Notes under the pieces: model-generated | Told to the model about the DNA's origin: nothing | Database searches by the model: none | What the model saw: only the letters and a program-made list of their open reading frames with translations | From: Tubiluchus corallicola | Taxonomy: Eukaryota > Animalia > Priapulida | Direction: 5' to 3' | DNA: 64,000 bases | NCBI GenBank assembly: GCA_030141605.1 | Contig: JAQGDQ010000333.1 | Coordinates: 1 to 64,000, forward strand | Position numbers and translations under genes: made by a program | Part shown: piece by piece, positions 26,888 through 39,799 of the stretch | Layout: every line of letters begins with the position of its first letter | Numbering within the stretch: the first letter of the stretch is position 1

Positions 26888-27103
26888 GGCCCGTTTCACA
26901 GTGCAGCAAAATGCCACGAGGAGAAATTCCTCACGAAAATGGAACACATTGTTTTCTGTGGCGAATGTCACAGTGAAGAAGCAAAATTCCTCGCGAGAAA
27001 CTCTGCTGCAAGCTAGAAGCTATGTATCCTTCATGTAAGGAATGTTGCGCGCGTAATACATACTGCTTCCATTTTCGTGAGGAATTCTTGTGAAATTCAG
27101 TCT
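26888..27103. mobile_element. Degenerate PIF/Harbinger-like MITE
   Basis: Starts taa|ggcccgtttcaca; internal inverted repeat aattcctcacgaaaatggaa / ttccattttcgtgaggaatt; ends ...tgtgaaattcagtct|taa with an imperfect TIR. Confidence 0.4.
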
Positions 27104-28048
27104 TAAATTTAACTACTTTATTACATTTTTCTTATTTAAAGGAACAACATTTCAGCATAAAATTATAAGATTTAAAGTAACAGACTGGCGATTTTATGTC
27201 TTGTTCATGCAACATTGATGGATATATTTGTGAAAAAAGAAATAGAATGCATGTATATCTATATTTTCAGATTTTGAAATGATTAGTAAATCTTTACTAA
27301 AAAAACAAGCAGGTCTGACATCACATTGACTAATATTACTAATTGTACTTTGTATGCGAGAAATACAGCAAGTATAACTTAATTTAGACATGCTTATACA
27401 GTATAAAATTTGCAAAATAGCTGCAGCTAACATGACACGTTAAATTAAGCGGCACGGTTTTACAGTGAAATTTCTTGCTGATTTTTTAGCTGCAATTCTG
27501 TGCGTCATTTTTCCTTGAATCCTCAAGTGAAATCAAGAGCTGACAAAAACTTTACTGCTCTACTGTTTAAAAATCAGTAAAATTATTCTATTATTTTCAG
27601 TTTTCCTGCTATTTACCGTATGTTTCGATTTTTAGCAGTCACTTTAGGCATTGTTCCCTATAAACAATGAGATTAATCCAGCTTATTCACGTATACTGGT
27701 ATTTATGACGATCTAAGCCAAAGGCGCAAAGATTAGCTGATGCCATAGCGTTTACATGATGGGAAAAAATACACTAATGGCGTACAGCTTGCGAGAGTGG
27801 ATCAGAATGAACAGCTTGAAAGTGGGAATTTTTTAATATGAAAAATTGTCTTTAGGAGCTCGTGAAGCATATTGCTTGAGCATTTTTGACGTTCTGAACT
27901 TATGTTGCTTTACAGTTCAGCATCCCTTTAAATATTAAACATTGTCACCTAACAACCAGAATGTTAGTCTTCAATGAGAAAAACTGATGTGAACTTGCGT
28001 GGTTTTCAGTTTTTTTTTGGTTTTCAGTTTTTCGGGGGTCTTCCTCAA

Positions 28049-28284
28049 GTTTGATCACTCGTAAAAATCAACGTAAAAATATGTTAGTCTAACCTACTCT
28101 ACACAAGCTTTCGTAGTATATTTGGTATGTTTAAGTATATTCTGCACATGCCATGCTGAATGTGTGTTTGATCCCTCGTAAAAACCAACGTAAAAATATG
28201 TTAGTCTAACCTACTCTACACAAGCTTTCGTAGTATATTTGGTATGTTTAAGTATATTCTGCACATGCCATGCTGAATGTGTGT
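28049..28284. repeat. Tandem duplication, 2 x 117 bp
   Basis: gtttgatc...ctgaatgtgtgt repeated with period 117 and two visible mismatches. Confidence 0.95.
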
Positions 28285-28902
28285 AAAATTCTCAGGTTAT
28301 GGAACAGCTAGAAAGTTAAAGCTCCTGACTGGCTATTGTGCAGTAGACGCCTGCTGGTTGATTGACGTTTTGCCTTAACTGTGGCAAGCCCTAGAAAGCT
28401 GTGGTTGAGAAAAAACCATAGTGATCAATGTTACGTTTATTTGCCAATATTAAAAAAATAATATTTTTAGCTACCTCCAAATTGTGGTTTTAAACAAACC
28501 ATTTTTTCACAAGCTGCAAGACAGCAAAGGAAACCAGATGCACAGTCTGATGAAGCTGTACAGAAGCCAAAATTGTCAGGACAAAACCAAGATACTGCGG
28601 GACATCTTCCTGGAACACAAAAAACACTCCTGTTTAAAAAATTTGACTTATATAAGCAGCTAGCACAATAAAAAGGCTAGCGCCTAACACAAATGCCGTA
28701 ATAGATGAACTGTTCCATTTACCAACCATTTCACCAAAGGAAATAAAGAAAATAGATCTAAAAATCCAATATAATTAAGTGGCAGTAAGTATTAAATTGA
28801 CATAAATTTTTCTAAATTTTTCTAGCCCAATGGTCATAATTTGATTAGGTGTGTATACACACCTACGAACATGCGTAATGATCAGTAAAATCAGTAGCTA
28901 AG

Positions 28903-30325
28903 TGTCATGAATAAATTTATGAATCGGTAATTTGGTGACTAATTAATGGAATTATCAACTGAATTACATTCAGTTGATAAAACGGATACCTCCTTGATTT
29001 GATAAGACAAATTTATTGATTGATTATAGGAACTCACTCAGCTGGTAAGGCACAAGATTTAATGCCAAGCAAATTATTTCACAGGTGTGTTTTTGCATTT
29101 ACTGAAGGTAAACAGGTGTTCAGTAAGTGAGAGCGTAATCTTGTTTTACAACCCTATGCAAGCGTAGGTAAACGCTCTTTATAACATTATGCAGAGTTAC
29201 CTGTAATTATTAAGAAAGTCGCAATAAGTAAACTTCTTTGGAAAGAGAAGCTTTATGGCCGACGCCAAGCTTGCGAGGAAACTTTGAGAGGAGAAATTCT
29301 GAAGACAGACCTTGCATGTAGCAACCTTCCCACTCAGGAGAAAGAATTCTTGAGCCACCTGGATGGTCATAAACTTCTTGGCAGGGAGATGCTAGGGTAA
29401 GCCAAGGATGTCACCTTTCACCTTATTGCACCATATTGCGTTTGAGCGCGAAATTACGCAAAGCGGGATCTTGGAGTTATAAGCCCGTGTTGAGGAGGTG
29501 TTAGTTAGTTAGTCGGGTGCGAGCAGTGAGCAGCCATCAGGGAGTGAGAGAGAGAGAGAGAGGATGACAGAGTGTGTAGACATCGTTTGAACCAGCGTGG
29601 ACCACAGTTCTACGTCCTCAGCAAACGTCTGGGCACTGGATCTACGAACAGTCTCACAAAAGCATTGGATTTGACCAAGTGTACGGGAGTTGCATTATGG
29701 TCATTCCACCGAGTTAAGTAATCTTAACGCATTAGTAACTGAGAGTAACTCTGCATAACGGTAGTTCACATTGTAGTAAGCACCTTAAGTGCAGCATACA
29801 GATTATTTGTAAAATGTGTATTTCACATTGTATTAAGCACCTTAAGTGCAACGTACGGAAAATTGCTAAGTGAATTGCTTGTGTATCTCTTGGAGCTAAA
29901 CATTAGTTGTGAACGCCTACCAGCGTCTAAGGACAAATCGTGTACAACTACTTAGCTAAGAGTAATATTGTAAACCAATAAAAGTTAATTCACTTTGACT
30001 TAATTTGCGAGTTCATGAATGCTATTAGGTGTTTGAAGTTAAGCAACACTAGATTCGATAACGAACCTGTAGATTCGCATTGCATTAATTATTAATTAAT
30101 TTAATAAAGCTCAATTGCGGGAGCTAGGCTAGATAGCTTTAGGGACAAAGACTTTACTCACAACGCGAAGTCGAGGAGTCAGTCTTGGGGGACAATATTA
30201 TCGCCCGATAGACTTATCTTAAGCCCTAGGAGCCGGGTGATAAATCACCTTGTAGCAATTAATTAAAATAGGAAGCGAATCAATTTAATCATTATATAAA
30301 TCACTTGAATACTATACAATCACAA
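28903..30325 (+). mobile_element. LTR-like sequence (putative solo LTR; right boundary uncertain)
   Basis: Begins TGTCATGAAT, non-coding, AATAAA near 29977, shares ordered blocks (cctccttg, aactcactcagct, ccagcg..taagga, acacta..aacgaac) with 35303-36172. No clear TSD. Confidence 0.45.
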
Positions 30326-30834
30326 GATATAATAATTAATAAGTGATAACTGGTGCATTAGACCAGTATTGGAATTAAGAAAGTGATATAAGGGGTGCAG
30401 GTCGCCTTGGGCGGCACTTTTCAAAGGGCAACACTTTGACCAAATGCACTGGAAAAGTTTATTCTGTCGGAACAGTACAAAGACAAACGCTTGACTATTT
30501 AATGCCCACAAAAACCAGTGCTTATAGCACTTATTGAAGAAAGTTTCTAACAAAGGAAGATGACAATGAATTATTGATTATAGTCTTTTAATAGCTTTTG
30601 ATATTTGCACAGTTTTTCACTCTCTGATTTTAAAGTTTACTCGTAGTATGTGTTCTGTATTAATTGACTCCATGCGAAAACACATTCAAATAAACTTTGG
30701 TCTGGTAAAATTTAAAACAGCAGAGAAATAACAAAGCATTTGCTTTTTGAAGCATGTAGGATGAATTTATTTCTTCCATAAAAAACAATTTTTAAATTAG
30801 TGCTTTTAATGATTTATTATTCTACCAATTTCTT

Positions 30835-32745
30835 TACTAACATAAAACAAACAAAAGAGAGCAGTGCTGCTTTTGGAAAAGAAGAAAAAGGCCAAAGAGA
30901 AATCATTAAAAAAGAATGAAGGGGCACAGCAGAAATACCTGCAGCCACTCCTACTCCTAAAGCTACTGCTAAAACAGAAGTAATTTTAGAGCTTATTATT
31001 ACTGCTAAAACTGAATAACTTTCTCAACCTGCTGCTACTGCTGAAACTGAAGCCGTTTCTGACACTGAGCTCACTGCTACTGAATCTGCCATTGAAATTG
31101 AATCAGTTTCAGAGCCTACTATTACTGCTAAAACTGGAGCAGTTTCTGGACCTACCATTATTGCTGAAACAGTGAAACTGAAGCTGTTTCTGAGCCTGAA
31201 CTCACTACTACTGCCGACAATGAAGCAGTTTCTGAACCTATCGTGTATTGCTTTTGACTTGAGTGTGTTGGTGTACGGCCAAGCAAGACTAGTGATAGCA
31301 CACGGATCTTACTACTACTTACTACTAAGGTGCGTCTATGGTTCGACACCTACACTATGAGTCGAAGTGATGCGTCAAAGTGCATCTGCTAAAGGGAAAA
31401 CTAGAAAACTATCATGTGAGTGGTTTTTTTCAAATTCTGCACAATGGTGAGAAACTTTTGAGATCATGGATGGCATAGTTTCGTTTCAAAGAAGCTGTTT
31501 ACTGCCTGTGTTGCAAACTATGTCTAACAGAAATTGCTCACACTTCATTTCTGTGGAAGGATTTTGTAGGACTAGCTACAGCGCATGCGCATTCGATTGT
31601 ATTGTTCTACATTGTTCATAATAATCAGTCTGCTTTACATGTTCTTACAGATTCAACATGGGTAGAAACTGAGTCCTAAAATATTTGAGCATAAATGTGT
31701 ACTATAGCTCACATCAAAGCTTTCATCCAATGGAAGGAGTAGGAAGTTAGGATTAGTTGTGGAGCAACAACTGAAAAAAGTACAAGAACTTATTTAAATG
31801 AAGAGAAAACGTAGAGAGAGATTCCTCCAAGATTGCTTGATATCATTAGATACCTAGCTAAACAAAATTTGGCATTACGGGTCACCAAGAACAGCGGAGA
31901 GTGGTGAAACTGACGTTCACCATGAAGCGATCGGAAACAAGAGAATTTTTAGAGGTGGTTCATTTATTAAAGTAATATGATTTAATGCTACATGAACACC
32001 TTCTAAGAAGCAAGTTTCGAAAAAATGTTTGCCTATCTTTCACCTATTATCAAGAATGAGTTTATAGAAATTTTGGGAAAAAACATTAGAAGCAAAATAA
32101 CTGAGCAAGTAAAACAAGCCGAGTACCTTTCTATGATCAACAGCACACCTGATATTTTGCACAAAAATCAAACGACCCTGGTTTTGCGTTACTCTGTAAC
32201 CAACGGGAATATCAAGAAGTTTTGAAACAAGGAATCGTTTTTGAAAAAAAGTGTTAGCAATGTTTCAACTATGACAAACAACTATGATAAATAACCAAAA
32301 GGAAGGAATTAATATACAAACCCGAAGAGGGCAAGTCTATGAAAACGCCGCTGACGGCTGCTCAACACATTGGTGTGCAGAAATGTACAAAAGAAATTAG
32401 GCTCTAAAAATCACACAATGAATTTGGCAGTTGTTCATGCAGCTACTGCGGCAGTGAGTTCTATTACCTTTTTAGGAACAATGGAATGTTTGTTCACGTT
32501 TTTTCTTCATCACACCATCGTTGAGATGTTCCCACTTCCATTACAAGTAATAATGTGAAACAAATAACAGAAATCCGGTGGAGTGCAAGTGAAGAAGCTG
32601 TAAGTGTCGTGAAAAACTATTTTTCAAAAATCTCATTTGCTTCGGAACAGTTAACTGGTGAGGACAAAAACACGGCTACTAGATCTCGCAAGTGTGTTTT
32701 TTCGTGAATTGCAATCATTTTTGTTTCTGTGCTGTGAGATCAGAC
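30835..32745 (+). pseudogene. Decayed hAT transposase (ZMYM1-like/DUF4371 type)
   Basis: Fragments IIRYLAKQNLALR, YLSPIIKNEFIEILG, STPDILHKNQTTLVLRY, RGQVYENAA, TEIRWSA; N-terminal degenerate actgctaaaactga repeats at 30960-31240; cut on the right by a LINE fragment. Confidence 0.75.
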
Positions 32746-33830
32746 CTAGAAATTAATGACGCCAAAAATCACTAAACAGTTATTTACAAATTCACAATAT
32801 GACTTTGGGTTTCCATTAAAAAATTCATGCAAATCGTTGAAGCTCAGTTCAGTGTTATCTTCACGAAGGTGATTAGTAAGTGGACAAAAACAGATAACAT
32901 GCTCTTCTGTTTGAATGTTTAAGCCAGAACAGGAGCGTAGCCTGCCCTCTCTTTTTATCCTTGCCCATCTTCCAGTCTCAATAGCTAGGTTATGTGAGGA
33001 GAGGCGTAACCGAGATGTTTTAATCCTATAGAGCTCATTTATTTTAACGCTATACATTGCACTGACAGATAGTTCGGGATTCAGATAGAGATAGGTGCAC
33101 AGTTTAGTTCTTTCGGAATCCCTGATATGTTGTTTTGTGTTCTCGAGGTCGTCAGAGATAATATTCGTTTTACGAAGGATAGCTTTCACATATTGTACAC
33201 ATGGTGTGTTCGCTTCCGAGCACAAATTCCATACGATTGAAAATGGGTCATCGGGCTCGTTGGCTCTCGATTCGATTATCCGTCTAAAGAACTCGACTAA
33301 ACATAAATCCTAGCTCGACTAAACATAAATCATTAGCGGTTGTCTTCCTGACTCCAAGCAATGCTTTAATCACAGAATTGTACATCACATTTATCGGTTT
33401 AAGATTGCCAGTCATCCAGGATTCACAGCTGTAGAAAATAGATGATAGCAGGGCCGCGTCCATCACTTTTTTCTTAACCCAGAATGGAAATAGTGAGTTT
33501 TTGTTCGCAAATGATACATATTTAAGAACATGGGTAAACTTTTCTTTGCAATGTTTTTCCAGTGAGGGCTGTAACTTTCCTGAAGCACTGAACACAGATC
33601 CGAGATAAACGTAACTCACATATCCTAATTACTATGTTCTCGCAGATAATAACCCTTTTATCCCTTTCGTTACCGTTAATAACCATAAATTTGGTTTTAG
33701 ATTCGTTAATTACCATTCCTGACTCACGACAAAATTCTTCAAGGATGCCTATCTTTTCCAGAAGTCTTCTGGTCGTCGATAAGATAACAGTATCATCCAT
33801 CAATAACAAACAGTGGCACATCCCTAGAAC
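32746..33830 (-). mobile_element. 3' fragment of a non-LTR retrotransposon (RT C-terminal half, RTE-X/L2-like)
   Basis: LLLMDDTVILST, INESKTKFMVING, YVYLGSVF, FYSCESW, RLRLSSHNLAIETGRW, QTEEHVICFC; frameshifted; small duplication at 33292-33331. Confidence 0.82.
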
Positions 33831-34439
33831 CTAGAAGCTACACAAGGCAACACACACACATATAACGAATGTCCCTCTCAGCTCCTGTAGTTTACCCAAA
33901 CATAATATTAGGAACTTGATTCCAAAGATTGTAATATTGCTATGCATTTTCCCACAAATGCTGTCGGTGTTGCTACCCGTGAGAAGAGCTTTTGAAACTA
34001 AAGCTTATTAAGAATTACCTACGATCTGACAATGGTAATAATAACGATCTTATTACTTTACTTTTGAGTGCTTCTTGACCTTAGCAGTGGCAACCAGCCC
34101 GTGGAAGGAAGCGAAGTCCAACTTTTCACAATATATGAGACCGATGCCAATGTTTGTACCAAGTGAGACGTGATACTGAAATAGATCTTAAACTATCAGA
34201 ACCTACAAGGGCATTCAATATCAGTTACAAACTGACCTTGCATGTAACATTTGATTCATGGCCATCCATCTCTGCTAAAAATATATTTCCTAATCATTTA
34301 GGTTCAAGTCGCATCGATTGCATAATACTGAACCTGTAGATACACCTGCAGAATGCGTAAAGCTTCTGATGTCTGTGCACCTCTAGCATAGAAATAGCGC
34401 TATTAGTCACAGTAATGGCGTGATTAGTTGTAGTTTATT

Positions 34440-35302
34440 GACTACATTGGACAAAAATGATTTGAAGGACATAAAGGACATGAACAAAAATGGCACCCAC
34501 ACACACTCTAGCCATGGACTTTGTCAAAAAGACAATGTATACCAGAGCTCAGGATGTAAAACGAAACACAGCAGACACTTTGTACTACAAAAATGGTTAA
34601 GGTATCCAGATGACTGTTTTATTTCACGGGAGAGAACTTAACATAAATTGACCCAGTTTTATGAATTGCTTAGCCGCTTGGGTGCCAGCATAGCATTCAC
34701 AAGTGATAAAATCAGAACAGAATTACCATTCTTAGAAATCAAAGTTATGATGGGAGAAGATGGCAATGTATACACAGATGTATTCTATGAGCCAACTGAT
34801 ACCCAATCAGTAGCTTAATTTCAGATCCTCCATTCGTATAATCAGCTAGATTAATTGTTGTTCACTATTGTTCACAAAACACTTTTAAAAGAAACCAGGT
34901 TGTGCGACTTATACAAATACCTCATTAAATAGAATTACCCAAAAAAAGATCCAGATCAAAATGAGTACAAATTAATTTTCACAAGCAATATACTAGCAAC
35001 ACAAACATGCTGCCCATTATCCAAAATAGACTCCTTGCCTTGAACAGTAGTGACACATTAGGAAAACAACTTGAGAGAAATCAAAGAGAAACCAAATCTA
35101 AAGAAAATCCCATCAAAGTCAGGTTCAGGTTTACTTAAGGAGTCTAGAGCTAAAAAATGTCTTATACCATTTCTATCTGCTATCTGCAACTACATTATCG
35201 AATGTAAATCTTTTACAGCAAAATCAACACAAGCAAGTTTTGTAATTAAAAGGAATTTAGGTGTACAAGTTCAAATGTCATATACATAGCAACCTGCCCT
35301 AG
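34440..35302 (+). mobile_element. Penelope-like retroelement relic
   Basis: WLRYPDDCF (RT YxDD), FTSDKIRTELPFLEI, TDVFYEPTDT, then CNYIIECKSFTAKST...SSNVIY leading into a GIY-YIG domain that is cut off at 35303. Confidence 0.7.
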
Positions 35303-36172
35303 TGTTGTGAATCAAATTTAGAATGGGAAATTAATTAGAAATTAATTGGAATAATTAAATTATAAGATTTCGGAGACAGTATACTCCTCCTTGGTCTGAT
35401 AACGAAGACCGTACGATTTGATTATAACTAACTCACTCAGCTTGTACCTTGAATTTAATGAGTTCAGGTGTCAGAGGTTGGTGAAAGTAGAAGATTAGAA
35501 GACACACCGACTACTTAAAGAGTTAAAATGCCAATTAATGTACATAAAAATGCGCTCTACGCTGGCAATTTGCAGATGGGCAAGTCAGGATGTCACATTG
35601 TTAAGGTCAGAACAAGTCATTTACTGATGGTTAATTTAACCTCTCAAGCAATATTTCAATGTCTAAGGTGATAGGGTTGCGACCTCCAGTAATTTAAATT
35701 ACCTGGAGTGTCACGGATGTCATCTGCAGGTGGTCAGCTTCGCAATGTCGGGTGACCTCGACGGAGCAATACCGGGTGACCTCGGCGCAATACCTAGCTT
35801 AATGACTTTCACTTCATAAGGAGAGTGAGAGTTCAGAGTTCGGACGCACACGCGCACAGAGTCAGATAGAGAGTGGGTGCTGAATTGTAGAGGAGTGTGT
35901 TGCCATTTACTTCTGCGAGGCGATCTTCTGAGATGGCATATCTCTAGCTCAGCGTAGTAGTTGTTAAGTTGACCAGTCCTCAAGTTGGCACCAGCGGATA
36001 AGGAAAGCTTTGTAAAGCATCGTATTACACTGATCTAAATTGTAAACTTAATTATAATAAATCGTTCTTAAATTTAAAGTAAATATCGAGTTGTTTAATG
36101 TTCAAAGAGTTACTTAATGCGCACATTCGTTGAGACACTAAATCCTTGAACGAACTTGATATGTTCACACTG
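35303..36172 (+). mobile_element. LTR-like sequence, right-truncated, related to 28903-30325
   Basis: Begins TGTTGTGAAT exactly where the Penelope reading frame stops; shares sequence blocks with 28903-30325; AATAAA near 36056. Confidence 0.45.
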
Positions 36173-36209
36173 TAGGGCTTATTGCCTTATGCGGAACAAT
36201 TAACCTTAC

Positions 36210-36371
36210 CTCCTCCACAGTGGGCCCAACATGCATCCTCCGTTGGGAATCTATTTTCGTTACCACCACAACCACTATACACGAAGTCTTCACATTGTTT
36301 AGTTTCATTATTCCAGAACCAATTCCTGATACCAGCTCTACAAGGACCACTATCTGATGGAAGTTCGCATA
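36210..36371 (-). CDS. Host gene coding exon: Kunitz/BPTI protease inhibitor domain
   Basis: 162-nt phase 1-1 exon, acceptor aattccag|ta, donor ggag|gtaagg. Encodes CELPSDSGPCRAGIRNWFWNNETKQCEDFVYSGCGGNENRFPTEDACWAHCGG with all six Cys and FxYxGCxGNxNRF; P1 = Arg. Confidence 0.95.
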
Positions 36372-37122
36372 CTGGAATTATATAACAAAAAACGTTATAC
36401 AAAAATATGACCAACTGACCAATAGGCATTCATCAATGTTGGAATGTCTCCTTTGGAAGACAGTTCTACATATGCATCCAATATTTCCTACTCCAGTTGT
36501 TTACCAGAATGCAGAAAGTAAAAAATTAAATATTTAAATTTTACTGTACATGAAGTACGAAAAAACTGTTCAAAATCACAGTAAGTGACTTTCTAAATTA
36601 ACAGCTGCATCCAAATTCGAATCAGATGTTGGTTTCATTCGTTATTTCAATTTGTTTTTTACTGGAGAATAAACAATGGCCACTCTTACCCTTGTTGCAT
36701 TTTTATAAATTGTATTTAATGAATTACCTCTAGATGATTGAAAATATGGCTTGACCTCAAAAAATTCTACAAAATGTTTTTCGACAGCTTTTCATAGTGC
36801 CAGGTGTTCTTAATACGCACTACCATTTACGTACACTTTATTGTTCTTTAATCTGCTCTTATCTAAATTATGTCAGTTGTATTTAGGGTATAACTTATAT
36901 AACCCTTATAAGATAAGGCATATCTATTTCACACATGTGATAGAATACAAATTAGTCACTAATGAAACTATTTTTTATAGAAGATAATGATTGAGGGCAG
37001 TGTTTACAGGAGTCCTAAAAACACTACCCTCATATGTTCATTTAGAGAATTTAGTTTTTGGTAGCTTGGTTCGAAGTAAAACAGGTCATCATTAGTTCAT
37101 CATTGGAAAAATAATATTAGTA

Positions 37123-37857
37123 CTAGCAAGGGCCGCACAAAAAATTTTGCGTATAAATCCACTTATAATCAACAATGCACGAACATCCTACCTAGTGTTC
37201 ATTTATTTACCTAACGCCAAGCCAGCAGCAGCAGCTTTTAGTGAATTAAAGTTATATGGTTATGGATGCAGTCAAAACAATTGCTTTGCGTCAGCAGTTT
37301 TCCAAGAGAAAATTGCAAAAAATGAAACATCAAATTAATTCGTCACCACTCCTTTTGGTGGACATGTCCTAATATATAGCCTACAGCATCATGTAGCCCT
37401 GTTCTTCCTCTTTCAAAAAGAATATTTATCCATATTTTAAGAATATATCTTGAAAGGAATATATAACTTTCAAGAGTCCCACTGAACACAGCCAGAACGG
37501 TTTTTCTACAGGCCGTTTGGCATTTCGAAAAAATTGGGAGTTGGGTCAGGGAAAACGCCCGTCACGGGACCCTACCCCGAATTCTAAGTATGACTATAAC
37601 AGCCACAGTTGAGCGAGCTATCTAACTGTTCTCTAGAAATAAGAAAATAAGTTTTGCAAAAAATGGCCATTTTTGGAGGTTTTCCGGCCCCCGTTCCTCC
37701 CGGTGGGGCCAATTCGAAAAATAAACCCAAATGTTTGTGAAAACCCTTGGGTCCGGATCTTTTGTTCGATGTATAGATCGTCGAAAATGGTGCCGTCGTC
37801 GCAGCCTCGTCGATTATATATCCGCCCATATATATACTAACGAAAGTAAAATATGGA
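37123..37857 (-). mobile_element. Non-autonomous Helitron, unit 1 of a head-to-tail array
   Basis: Minus strand starts TC, ends with imperfect hairpin cgcaaaatttttgtgcg then CTAG followed by T; homologous to units 2 and 3. Confidence 0.75.
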
Positions 37858-38564
37858 CTAGCAAAGGCCCCGCAAAAAATTTTGCATATTTTTTACATTT
37901 ATAATCAATAATACGCAAACATCCTACATTGTCCTCATAACGCAAAGCCAGTAGATTTTACTAAATTAAAGTTGTAAGGTTATAAGCAGAGTATAATGGA
38001 TGACGTCAGAACATTGGCTTTGCGTCAGCCGTTTTCCAAGCGAAAATCATGCGAAATGGAACCGCTCTAATCAAATCATCACAGCTACTCAGGAAGGAAG
38101 CATCCTAAAATGCAGCACACATCATCGTGTAGCCCTGTTCCTGCTCTTTCTAAAGAGCCATATATCCCCTACCGAGAGTCACACTAAGCACCGCTAGAAT
38201 GCTGTATGGTAAAAATTACGAGTTGGGTCTGGAAAAACATCAGGACGCCGCAGCCCTCTCGCGAATTCTGCCTACTACACCCATCGCTGAATGAGTTATC
38301 TATCCATGGCCGGCACCACCCATGGCCCATTCCAGTTCTTCAGAAATAAGAGGTATAAGTTTTGCAAAAAAAACGGCCAAAATGGCCATTTTTGGAGGTA
38401 TTTTACCCCCCCCCCCCCACCGTTCCTCCCGGTGGGCCCGATTCGAAAAATAACCCCCCGATGGCACGACACTAGATCGAGACCTTTCGTTTGATATATA
38501 GACCGTCACAAATGGTGCCGTCGTCGTAGCTGTACGCTGTGTACCAGCGAAATTAATATATAGA
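37858..38564 (-). mobile_element. Non-autonomous Helitron, unit 2
   Basis: Minus strand starts TCTATATATT, ends hairpin gcaaaatttttgc then ggggcctttgCTAG directly abutting the TC of unit 1. Confidence 0.8.
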
Positions 38565-39340
38565 CTAGCAAAGGCCCCGCAAAAAATTTTGCGTATAAAT
38601 ACACGTATAATCAAAAATACGCGAACATCCTACCTAGTCCGCATTTATAACGCAAAGCCAGTAGCAGCTTTTACTGAATTAAAGCTATAAGGTTATAGGC
38701 AGAGTACAATGGATGACGTCAGAACAATGGCTTTGCGTCAGCAGTTTTCTAAGCGAAAATTGGGGAAAATAGAATATCTATTTAACTCGCTAGTACTCCT
38801 CTCGGTGGACCTGCCCTAAAATATAGCCCACATCATCGTGTAGCCCCGTTCTTCCTCTTTCTGATGAGCCGTATACGTCCTTCCGAGAGTCCCACCAGGC
38901 GCCGCTAGAACGTTTTTTCGGCATGCTGTTTGAACAAAATTTCGAAAAAATCGCGAGTTGGGTCCGGGAAAATGGCCGTTGCGGGTCGCCGTGGTCATCT
39001 CGCGAATTCTAAATAGGCCTATGACACCCATCGCTGAACGGGCTATCTATCCATACCCAGCACCACCCTCGGCCCATTCCCGTTCTCCACATCTCAGCCG
39101 TATAACTTTTGCAAAAAACGGCCGAAAAATGGCCATTTTAGAGGTTTTTCGCCCCCCCCCTTCCTCCCGGTGGGCCCGATTCGAAAAATAAAACCCCAAT
39201 GAGACGACACTAGATCGAGACCTTTCGTTTGATGTATAGATTGCCGCAAATAGTGCCGTCGTCAAAGCTGTAGCCTCGAATCTTATATATATATATAAAT
39301 AAATATATTAAGCCCATACCAAGAATATTAATATAATAGA
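38565..39340 (-). mobile_element. Non-autonomous Helitron, unit 3 (5' end at ~39299 or 39340)
   Basis: Ends hairpin cgcaaaattttttgcg then gggcctttgCTAG abutting the TC of unit 2; 5' end in a TA-rich tract, with A|TCTATTATAT at 39340. Confidence 0.78.
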
Positions 39341-39799
39341 TAGATAGATTTTTTATAGGCCTATTATAAAATTAGAATGCATGTTGATCGGCATAAATAA
39401 TTTTCGGAATAAGATGGATGGTAATGGTGGGCAAGTAAAATTATGTTTCAAAATCAGCAAACTCAATCACAAAGTTGTCACAAAAGATAAGGTATAAGAA
39501 AAAACTTATCTTAAATGTATTACTGCTCGAAATAAATGGTTTGGTTGAAAACAAGAAGATTCTGTTTAATTTCGGCTATTGATTAGAATGAAATGTAAGT
39601 AATAGTTATTTGTATTATACCAAATAGTACTAAGAAAAGCCACAGTTGCAGAAAAAAAGTTAAAAAAAAGGAGAAAAGACACACACATGAGTCTAGGAAA
39701 AAAAGAATTTAAAGGGAAACAAAGAAGAAAGCTTGTAATTGCCAGGTAGAAAAGTTGGAGTGTTTAGGAGGAAAGAACTGAAGGTAAAAGGATGTCTAG

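Noticed and set aside
30960-31240. Thr/Ala/Glu-rich repeats suggesting a mucin-like gene or spaced repeat array
   Set aside because: Degenerate repeats inside the N-terminal part of the decayed hAT transposase; no constant repeat with unique spacers, so not CRISPR-like.
36420-36487. EGF-like phrase CICRTVFQRRHSNIDECLL just upstream of the Kunitz exon
   Set aside because: Would need a 48-nt intron, ends in phase 0 (Kunitz exon needs phase 1), has a poor acceptor and an incomplete Cys pattern.
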